Shown: piece after piece, positions 47,001 to 53,984 of the stretch
Numbering within the stretch: position 1 is the first letter of the stretch
How the letters are laid out: each line of letters begins with the position of its first letter
From: Balneolaceae bacterium
GTDB lineage: Bacteria; Bacteroidota; Rhodothermia; Balneolales; Balneolaceae
DNA: 64,000 nucleotides
NCBI GenBank assembly: GCA_007118695.1
Contig: SKRC01000085.1
Coordinates: 14,693 to 78,692 of the forward strand
Direction of reading: 5' to 3'
The notes under the pieces: model-generated
Databases searched by the model: none
What the model saw: the letters and a program-made list of their open reading frames with translations, nothing else
What the model was told of the DNA's origin: nothing
Translations under genes and position numbers: made by a program

Positions 47001-47703
47001 GGGTCTTGTCGATTAATTCGGCAAAAGCAAATAGAAACTCCTTGAAATTCATCTGGTCAACACCCTTGATGTTGGGTACAACCAGGTTCCGCGAGCCGTC
47101 TTTACTCTGCAGATCGACGGCGATACCGAGATTCACCTGTCCCGGTTTCACTCTGTGCGGATCCCCGTTTTGCATGGAATAGAAAGCATTCAGATTGGGA
47201 AAATCTTTCAGTGCTTTGATGATCGCCCAGCCAATAAAGTGTGTAAAGGTAGCTTTGGGCTCACCTCGTTGCAACAGGTGGCGGTTTATGATGGTACGGT
47301 CTTCGGCAAGCATTTTTACTGGCAGCACACGAAGAGAGGTAGCCGTCGGCACCGAAAGGCTGCTGTCCATGTTTTCGGCTATCTTGGCCGCCACCCCCTT
47401 GATTTTTTCCGCATCTGCCCCTTCCGGGATTGCCGGTTGCTGAACCTGTTCGGCCGGTCTCGGCGGTTCCTTCTCTTTTGGCTTCTCCTTTACCTCCGGT
47501 TTGGTTTTAACCGCCGGTTCAGTGCCATCGCTCTCCATTCCATTGGTCGTATCAGGCGTCTTTTCCTCAACGGGCTTGCCCTCCAATTCATCGAAATACC
47601 GTCGCCAGTGATCCGGTACGAGGTCAGGATTTTCCTGGTATTGATTATATAGTTCTTCAACCAGGGCGCTGTTGGGTCCAAATACAGATTCGAGTGATTT
47701 CAC
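44035..47703 (-). CDS. sucA: Fused 2-oxoglutarate dehydrogenase E1 with N-terminal E2-type acyltransferase domain (Kgd/OdhA-type)
   Basis: 1222 aa. It has a SucA N-terminal helix (LVEELYNQYQENPDLVPDHWRRYF), a Pro/Glu/Lys linker, a 2-oxoacid dehydrogenase catalytic domain with TYDHRIIQGAESG, and then full E1 (ThDP-binding and transketolase-like domains). No lipoyl domain is visible. Confidence 0.85.
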   Translation of the reverse strand: MKSLESVFGPNSALVEELYNQYQENPDLVPDHWRRYFDELEGKPVEEKTPDTTNGMESDGTEPAVKTKPEVKEKPKEKEPPRPAEQVQQPAIPEGADAEKIKGVAAKIAENMDSSLSVPTATSLRVLPVKMLAEDRTIINRHLLQRGEPKATFTHFIGWAIIKALKDFPNLNAFYSMQNGDPHRVKPGQVNLGIAVDLQSKDGSRNLVVPNIKGVDQMNFKEFLFAFAELIDKTRNGKLEISDFQNTTISLTNPGTIGTVSSVPRLMKGQGAIIATGAIDYPAEFQSMSQEVLNQLGISKVMTMTCTYDHRIIQGAESGSFLQKVHRLLNGEEDFYDEIFSDLDIPYEPLPFSQDKYEGQLSGKSNTLEQDRRAIAVWRLINMYRMRGHVLADLDPLGTGPSHSPELDLDYYGLSLWDLDREFYCGGLGGFETAKLRDIIRLLRDTYSGTVGAEYMHLLDMEERIWLRERMESTTNTPNLSKKQKENILHKLNQAMAFEQFLHKKYIGHKRFSLEGAETLIPMMHFLLEGGAEVDIEKLFLGMAHRGRLNILVNIMNKPYRKVFADFEGNIDPDTIQGSGDVKYHLGSKGQYQTEAGRAIDLELMPNPSHLESVNPVVEGAARAMQDHYNGEDARKKIVPVLMHGDAAFAGQGVVAETLNMSQLRAYNTGGTIHIIINNQIGFTTLPEDARSTEYASDLAKMILAPILHVNGDDPEAAVHAMQLALEYRRKFGKDVVIDLVCYRKHGHNEGDEPAFTQPGLYKEIENHPTVRDLYVRQLLRKGEFNEEEMQEIFDEFDELLQQAFEDAKSGQALEVTDTMLDRSEKEQEERETFPDTSYPMEELKDISLKLNTVPKDFDANPKLLRQLAKRAEIVNNNEKRLDWGFSEALAIGSLLKTGITVRLTGQDAERGTFSHRHAVLHGTDTDQRFIPLNNLSEDQAPFYPYNSLLSEFAALGFEFGYSAEKTDALVIWEAQFGDFANGAQVIIDQYISACEAKWGQKTALVMTLPHGYEGQGPEHSSARLERFLQLCAEDNMQVMNLTSPAQYYHVLRKQALQEKKKPLIIMSPKSLLRHPLAVCNAEELANGKFQPFIEDDDVKDKKKISRIILASGKVYYDLLKHKEEIEADHVTINRVEQIYPFPDRDIHSLLKKYSHVKEVIWCQEEPRNMGAWSFVAPRIKSLLQSKQKLEYVGRQASASPAAGQMKIHQVEQERLVKNAIG

Positions 47704-48010
47704 AACGGGGTGATCAGTTTAATACAATTAAATAGTTTTCCGGCTATCTCAACCGGTCTCATCTTTACGAAAGTACGATTTTTTCTGCGTGTTTCGGTCA
47801 TTGATCTGTTCATGGATGGTCTCCAGAAAGATTATCAAATTTACCTTTCTTAGCATAACCCTAAAATTAACCAATATTCGTTAAAAATACGATTCTTTTG
47901 GAGACGTAATCTTTCGGGCCCGGCAAACCAAAAGTTGATTTTAACAGGGGATCTGATTCGTTATATTGGAGCACGTAAAACCCCTGTTTAAATGGAATAA
48001 AATTGTTTTT

Positions 48011-49819
48011 ATGAATTCAGAATCTGCCGGTAAAGAAACCGGAGCCGAACAAGTTCATTGGGATTTATCCGATCTTTATCGATCTCCCGAAGATCCGGCT
48101 TTGGCCGAGGATCGAAAAAATATACTTCTGGAAGCCGATGCATTTGCCGGAAAATACAAGGGCAGGATCGGGAAACTGACTAAAGCCGAGTTTTTGGAAT
48201 CCATCCGGGAATATGAAAATATCATTCAGAAATTAAGAAAAATCGGGTCCTACTCGCATCTGCTCTGGTCGGTAAACACGGAAGATGCCGCCCTGGGAAA
48301 ATTGGTGCAGGAAGCGAATGAGCTGGGTTCTGAAGTAAACCAGAGACTGGTATTCTATGACGTTGAGTGGCTCAAGGTAAATGATAAAACGGCAAATGAA
48401 TGGATTGAGAGTGAAGAGCTCCACTCATATCGCCACTACCTGAGGGTGTCCAGACTCTACAAGGATCATACACTTGAGGAGGGCCAGGAGCAGGTAATGT
48501 CTGCCAAAAGTGTTACCGGCCGCAGTGCCTGGAACAGATATTTTGATGAAACGATGGGTGCCGCCCGGTTTGACCTGGACGGTGAAAAGCTGACTCAGCA
48601 GCAGGTTTTGAGTAAATTGCAAGGCAGTGATCGCGAGCTAAGGAAACGGGCACACACGTCCATGACAAAAACACTGGGTGAGAAAAAGCGAACCCTTACA
48701 TTTATCTTCAATACCTTGCTGGCGGATAAGGCAACCAACGATAAACTCCGCGGCTATCCAAACTGGATCTCATCCCGGAATCTGTCAAATCAAATCGATG
48801 AAGATTCTGTGAATGCCCTGGTGGAAAGTGTTACCGGCCATTATGAGCTGGTGCAACGGTATTATAAGCTGAAAAAGGAATTGCTGGGCTACGATAAATT
48901 ATACGATTATGATCGGTATGCTCCTATCCTGAAAAGTGAAAAAATGATCAGCTGGGATGAGGCCAGGGTGATGGTGCTTAATGCATACAGCAATTTTCAT
49001 CCGGAAATGGGTGGCATCGCCCAAAAATTTTTCGATGAAAATTGGATCGATGCAGCCATTAAGCCGGGCAAAAGGGGAGGCGCCTATTCCGCCAGTTCAG
49101 TCACATCCGTGCACCCGTATGTATTTATGAATTTTGACGGCCGGCTCAGGGATGTACAGACACTGGCCCATGAGCTGGGACACGGGGTTCATCAGTACCT
49201 GGCGAGAAAACAGGGTGAACTGCAGTCATCTACACCGTTGACCACCGCTGAAACGGCGTCTGTTTTCGGGGAGATGCTCGTATTTGAAAAGTTGATGGAA
49301 AATCTGGATGATCCGAAAGAAAAGCTGTCCCTGCTGACCAGTAAAATCGATGATACTATTGCCACTGTCTTCCGCCAGATATCCATGAACCGATTTGAAG
49401 ATGCCATTCATACAGCCAGAAGGGAGGAGGGCGAGCTGACCACAGAACAGTTTGCCGCCAAATGGCTTGCTACCCAAGCGGATCTTTACGGAGGATCAGT
49501 CGAGTTAACAGATGAATATGGGCTCTGGTGGTCGTATATACCCCATTTTTTGCATACACCGGGATATGTTTATGCATACGCATTTGGTGAACTGCTGGTG
49601 CTGGCTCTTTATCAATCCTATAGAAATGGCACCCCGGAATTTGCCGATCGTTATCTTGAAATGCTCGGTGCCGGTGGATCCGACTGGCCGCATAACCTGG
49701 TGGGAGGCCTGAATATGGAAATAAAAGACCCCGGTTTCTGGCAGAACGGGCTGCAAATTTTTAAACAAATGATTGAACAGGCAGAAGCACTAAGCCTTGA
49801 AATGGTTCACGACAATTAA
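48011..49819 (+). CDS. pepF: M3-family oligoendopeptidase F
   Basis: HELGHGVH zinc motif and an N-terminal WDLSDLY motif. The ATG at 48011 is preferred over the track TTG at 47966. Confidence 0.85.
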   Translation: MNSESAGKETGAEQVHWDLSDLYRSPEDPALAEDRKNILLEADAFAGKYKGRIGKLTKAEFLESIREYENIIQKLRKIGSYSHLLWSVNTEDAALGKLVQEANELGSEVNQRLVFYDVEWLKVNDKTANEWIESEELHSYRHYLRVSRLYKDHTLEEGQEQVMSAKSVTGRSAWNRYFDETMGAARFDLDGEKLTQQQVLSKLQGSDRELRKRAHTSMTKTLGEKKRTLTFIFNTLLADKATNDKLRGYPNWISSRNLSNQIDEDSVNALVESVTGHYELVQRYYKLKKELLGYDKLYDYDRYAPILKSEKMISWDEARVMVLNAYSNFHPEMGGIAQKFFDENWIDAAIKPGKRGGAYSASSVTSVHPYVFMNFDGRLRDVQTLAHELGHGVHQYLARKQGELQSSTPLTTAETASVFGEMLVFEKLMENLDDPKEKLSLLTSKIDDTIATVFRQISMNRFEDAIHTARREEGELTTEQFAAKWLATQADLYGGSVELTDEYGLWWSYIPHFLHTPGYVYAYAFGELLVLALYQSYRNGTPEFADRYLEMLGAGGSDWPHNLVGGLNMEIKDPGFWQNGLQIFKQMIEQAEALSLEMVHDN

Positions 49820-49825
49820 TGGACA

Positions 49826-51292
49826 ATGAGCATAAAACGTGAAGATAAGGCGCTTAGGGAATTCAAACTTATTATCGAGGACCTTGTGTACCTGTTAAGG
49901 AAATCGACAGGGGCGGAAACCGTGCATTTGCAATGGGTAAACCGGTCCCGGGAACAGTTTGTACTGGAAACCAATTCAACCTCGCTCTCCAATGTAATGT
50001 TCAAGGACAGGGCAGGTTTTCAGGAGCACTTTTTGGAAAAATATAAAAATATCAGTTCACCGGTTTTGCTCCGGATAGGGGAAAAAATAGAATCCGGTGT
50101 GCTCAGCCACTACTACGACCAATGCCCCATCCGGTATGTAACGGTGATTCCGTTTGTCAACAACAAGGAGACCGTGGCATTGACGACAGTGGAAACGATT
50201 GAACCGTTTTTGCCTGCCGAACATGAACAGGTCATTCACTCGTACAATAATGCCTTGGCAAATGTGCTCAATACCTACCTGGAACTGACCGATCTTTATG
50301 GAAAACAGCAGGAGTGGATTGAATATGATGAGAGTCTGAATGGCATATCGGCCCGCCAGCACAAGGTGGAAATCCTGTACCGGATGTTGAATGAGATGCA
50401 AAATCTGCTTCCCTCAGGCGGCGCCTGCCTTGTTGCCAGGGGCATGGATTGCTGGGTAAATGTTCTGAATTCGAAAGGAGCGAAGTGTACTCCGGCCCTT
50501 GGCATGATGATCGATGAAAAATCATTGGCCCACGATTCCTTGAAAAACGGCAAGCCGGAGTTTGCTATTCACTTTAATCAAAATCCGAAAAGGCTATCGG
50601 CTGGTGAATCAGATACCGAAGGTGCCACCCTGGCCATTCCGTTGTTGATCGACGACCGGCGGCATGGTACTGTGGTTGCCTGCGACAAAAATGCTCTGAC
50701 ATTCAGTGAATCTACCAAACATAAATTAATCAACCTGGTAAGGGTTGCAGGATTGGCTATCCGGGCAAATCTCGGGAAACTCTCTGTGGATGACGATTTG
50801 CTTACCTCCGAATACAGCAGTTTTATCCCGGATGTGTGGGAAAAAGCCATTGAATCTGAGCTGGCTCGTGACAAATCAGACAGGAAGACCTGGTTCGGTT
50901 TACTTGCTATTGAAAATCTGCAAAGTCTCCGGTCAAAATACAGGCTGGAAGAGCTGCAGCGACTTCAGCGGACCCTGGTGAAAGCGTTGAATCCTTCGTT
51001 GTTCGGGTTTAATGGGTATGTCGGGTTTAACAGTGACTATGTCTTCACGTTCCTTTTACAGGATGGGAGCTCTGCAGCTGAGCAATGGCTGCAGAGTGTT
51101 AATCAAATGTTGGAAAAACCGGTGAAAATGTCTGATGGTCAGCAGGTGGACGTGGACATAACAGCCGGGTATACACTGATTGCCGGTGAGGGAACCGATT
51201 TTCACCCAATTGTCCAGAAAGCAAAAGCAGAACTCTCGGAAGCTGTAAAACAGTCGGTATCTAAAAAGAAGTATATAGATTTCAATAAATAA
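49826..51292 (+). CDS. Hypothetical protein, apparently two GAF-like domains plus a degenerate GGDEF-like C-terminal domain
   Basis: The domain impression comes from sequence pattern only. The position expected for GGDEF/GGEEF reads GFNSDY. No catalytic motifs are retained. Confidence 0.35.
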   Translation: MSIKREDKALREFKLIIEDLVYLLRKSTGAETVHLQWVNRSREQFVLETNSTSLSNVMFKDRAGFQEHFLEKYKNISSPVLLRIGEKIESGVLSHYYDQCPIRYVTVIPFVNNKETVALTTVETIEPFLPAEHEQVIHSYNNALANVLNTYLELTDLYGKQQEWIEYDESLNGISARQHKVEILYRMLNEMQNLLPSGGACLVARGMDCWVNVLNSKGAKCTPALGMMIDEKSLAHDSLKNGKPEFAIHFNQNPKRLSAGESDTEGATLAIPLLIDDRRHGTVVACDKNALTFSESTKHKLINLVRVAGLAIRANLGKLSVDDDLLTSEYSSFIPDVWEKAIESELARDKSDRKTWFGLLAIENLQSLRSKYRLEELQRLQRTLVKALNPSLFGFNGYVGFNSDYVFTFLLQDGSSAAEQWLQSVNQMLEKPVKMSDGQQVDVDITAGYTLIAGEGTDFHPIVQKAKAELSEAVKQSVSKKKYIDFNK

Positions 51293-51356
51293 ACAATTAA
51301 CCCGGTAAAGAATAATCATCCAAAAAAGTTGTTAGCCCTTTTTCCCTGAAAATTCT

Positions 51357-51364
51357 TATATTTG
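51357..51364 (+). promoter_or_regulatory. Candidate -7 promoter element (TATATTTG) upstream of rpoD
   Basis: It matches the TAnnTTTG consensus of Bacteroides-type sigma-A promoters and lies 133 nt upstream of the rpoD GTG. A GTTG lies about 24 nt upstream, which is not the ideal spacing. Confidence 0.25.
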
Positions 51365-51496
51365 GGAGATATACTTTCAAATGTTAATACAGACAACAAA
51401 CAGACGGCTGTGTCGTTCATAAGCTGAATAAAACTGATGAGTCTTCAGCAGACTATGGCGCATAATTTAATTTTAATAAAAACAAGTCTATAGCCC

Positions 51497-52351
51497 GTGG
51501 CTAAAAGTTCTGGAATTTCTACTCGCGAATCTGAATCCCTGGATCGGTATCTTCAAGAGATTGGTAAAGAAAAGCTTATCACGCCCGAAGATGAGGTGCG
51601 ACTGGCAAAAGAGATTCAAAAAGGGTCACAGCGTGCCCTTGAAGATCTGACCAAAGCCAATCTCCGGTTTGTGGTTTCCGTTGCAAAACAGTATCAAAAT
51701 CAGGGCCTGTCGCTTGGAGACCTGATCAATGAAGGAAACCTGGGTTTGATCAAAGCTGCCAAGCGTTTTGATGAAACCCGAGGTTTTAAATTTATCTCCT
51801 ATGCCGTTTGGTGGATTCGGCAGTCTATTCTACAGGCACTTGCCGAGCAGAGCCGAATTGTACGACTGCCCCTGAACCGTGTAGGCGCTCTCAACAAGAT
51901 CGGTAAGGAGCTTTCCAAACTTGAACAGGAATATGAGCGTGTACCTTCAGCGGCTGAATTGGCTGAAAGCCTCGATATGACCGTATCGGAAGTTGCCGAT
52001 ACCCTGAAAATTTCAGGACGTCACCTTTCTGTGGATGCACCATTTGCACAGGGAGAAGATAACCGATTGCTTGATGTTCTGGAAAATGAGGAGATTCCGG
52101 ACCCCGATAACGATCTGATGGGTGAGTCGCTTAAGGTTGAGATTGAACGGGCTCTCTCCAAGCTTACCAAGCGCGAAGCGGAAGTGATTCGCCTGTATTT
52201 TGGAATCGGCCGTGAGCATTCACTGACTCTGGAAGAGATTGGTGAGCGGTTTGATCTGACCCGTGAACGTGTGCGTCAAATCAAGGAAAAAGCACTGCGT
52301 AAACTGCGTCATCATAATCGAAGTGCTGCGCTGAGGGCTTATCTCGGGTAA
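51497..52351 (+). CDS. rpoD: Primary-type RNA polymerase sigma-70 factor (short, lacking region 1.1)
   Basis: 284 aa with [10 protein letters not shown], region 2 ([12 protein letters not shown]...[23 protein letters not shown]...[12 protein letters not shown]) and region 4 ([29 protein letters not shown]). GTG start. Confidence 0.9.
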   Translation: MAKSSGISTRESESLDRYLQEIGKEKLITPEDEVRLAKEIQKGSQRALEDLTKANLRFVVSVAKQYQNQGLSLGDLINEGNLGLIKAAKRFDETRGFKFISYAVWWIRQSILQALAEQSRIVRLPLNRVGALNKIGKELSKLEQEYERVPSAAELAESLDMTVSEVADTLKISGRHLSVDAPFAQGEDNRLLDVLENEEIPDPDNDLMGESLKVEIERALSKLTKREAEVIRLYFGIGREHSLTLEEIGERFDLTRERVRQIKEKALRKLRHHNRSAALRAYLG

Positions 52352-52355
52352 TTTC

Positions 52356-53738
52356 TCAATACTTCGTTTTAATCACGTTCAGCGCCCTTTCCACTTCATT
52401 GAGAACGGCATTCCCGCTTGTTACAAAATTGTTATTGATAAAACTGAAGATCAGCCGGCGCCCTGAATTGGTATAGATGTATCCGCTCAAAGCGTTATTG
52501 TTTCGTAGCGTCCCGGTTTTTGCATAAACGTACGGCGGTTCACCGGGTGGCGGAGCATAACGTCCGCTGATCGTCCCGCTTTTTCCGCCGGCCGGGAACA
52601 TCGGAAGAATCCTTTCCTCCCCATATTCCTCATAAAGCTTATCGAGCAATATAACGAGCGACCGCGGTGTCACCAGGTTGTATCGTGTTAGCCCTGAGCC
52701 GTCCGACCACCGCGGGGTATCCGGCAGCCCCGCTAAATGTGTCTGCACTGCATGGCTGATTGCCCGGTTTGCATCCATCCGGCCCCATTCCTCATCGGAA
52801 ATCATCAGCAGGAGCTGCTCACCGACTAAATTGTCGCTTTCCAGCATGAGTCTTTTGTAGACCTCATCGGCAGGAATGCCGTAAAGCGTTCGGTCAAATT
52901 TCAGGTCGCTTTTTTCCGAATAGCCGATGTCACGGCCAAGGGTATCCGACAACATTTCCACAAATAGTTCACTGCTGTAAACAAACGGAATGATTCGTTC
53001 CTGCCGGGCTGTATCAGCCTTTGGAGCGTATAGAAACCGGTTTTCACGATGTTCCCGGTTAACCAGCGCCGTTTGACTACTATTCCACTCCAAATGGTCT
53101 ATGTATTTTTTAAAAAATGCGGGTTTGACCGGCTCTTTCTCATTGAGCATTACCATGGCTACTTGCTGGGTCTGCAGCCGGACCACATTACCATAAATCG
53201 GGAAAGGAGCTTTTTCCGGGGCATAAGGGGCTGGATACCAATCCCACGACCAGCCCGACCCAAAATGCTGATCCTCGAATTGTCCGTCGTAATACACCAG
53301 TGTTTCCTCCCGGTTCTTCAGGAAATCATACGCTGCGTTGTTATCAAAATTGGGGTTTAGAAATGTCGGATCACCTGTTCCCCGGAAATAGAGAGTGTCA
53401 TTACGAATCTCATAGCGCAGGGCCGGCAGGGTTTCGGGGAGAGATTTCAGGGCGGCATAGAGGGTAAGGATCTTGGTATTGGAGGCCGGTGTATAAAACC
53501 GGTGAGCGTCATGATCGTGTAGCAGGGAATCGGTTTCCGGATCGTAAAGGGCAAAACCGGTCATGCTTTGGGCAAAAATGTCGGAATTATTGAAAAACTC
53601 TTCCAAGGGAGTTAGTTCGGCCGGCACGGTGATAGTTTCCGGTGTTTTGCACCCCGTGAAAAAGATCATCAAGCCGAAACCAAATACGGCTGTGACCAAT
53701 CGGGTGGTAAAGGAAAAATCAGGGCCAATTCTATTCAT
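52356..53738 (-). CDS. dacB: D-alanyl-D-alanine carboxypeptidase/endopeptidase (PBP4, S13 family)
   Basis: SxxK motif PASNTK, KTG motif AKTGTL, and N-terminal signal/TM segment. Confidence 0.8.
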   Translation of the reverse strand: MNRIGPDFSFTTRLVTAVFGFGLMIFFTGCKTPETITVPAELTPLEEFFNNSDIFAQSMTGFALYDPETDSLLHDHDAHRFYTPASNTKILTLYAALKSLPETLPALRYEIRNDTLYFRGTGDPTFLNPNFDNNAAYDFLKNREETLVYYDGQFEDQHFGSGWSWDWYPAPYAPEKAPFPIYGNVVRLQTQQVAMVMLNEKEPVKPAFFKKYIDHLEWNSSQTALVNREHRENRFLYAPKADTARQERIIPFVYSSELFVEMLSDTLGRDIGYSEKSDLKFDRTLYGIPADEVYKRLMLESDNLVGEQLLLMISDEEWGRMDANRAISHAVQTHLAGLPDTPRWSDGSGLTRYNLVTPRSLVILLDKLYEEYGEERILPMFPAGGKSGTISGRYAPPPGEPPYVYAKTGTLRNNNALSGYIYTNSGRRLIFSFINNNFVTSGNAVLNEVERALNVIKTKY

Positions 53739-53775
53739 TTGGGGTATGCTGAAAGTAAAGTAACGGGTCTGTTTA

Positions 53776-53895
53776 ATGATTCAGGAAAATACAGAATTTC
53801 GCTCAATTGCCAAGTTTTCTAAATGCATTGTGGTGGCAATCGTGATGACAGCCCCTGTTTTTACAGGGTGCGACCTGGGAGTTAACAACCCGTGA
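53776..53895 (+). pseudogene. 39-codon lipoprotein signal-peptide ORF, probable remnant of a deleted lipoprotein gene
   Basis: MIQENTEFRSIAKFSKCIVVAIVMTAPVFTGCDLGVNNP* has an h-region and a VFTGC lipobox. After the in-frame stop the frame continues EIDDADLNNTAIT*. It is too short for a functional protein and lies in the gap before the sensor kinase. Confidence 0.3.
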
Positions 53896-53984
53896 GAAAT
53901 CGATGATGCCGATCTGAACAATACTGCCATCACATAACTATGTGATATTAACGAAATAAAAAAAGCGTTATCTTACAGGATTAA

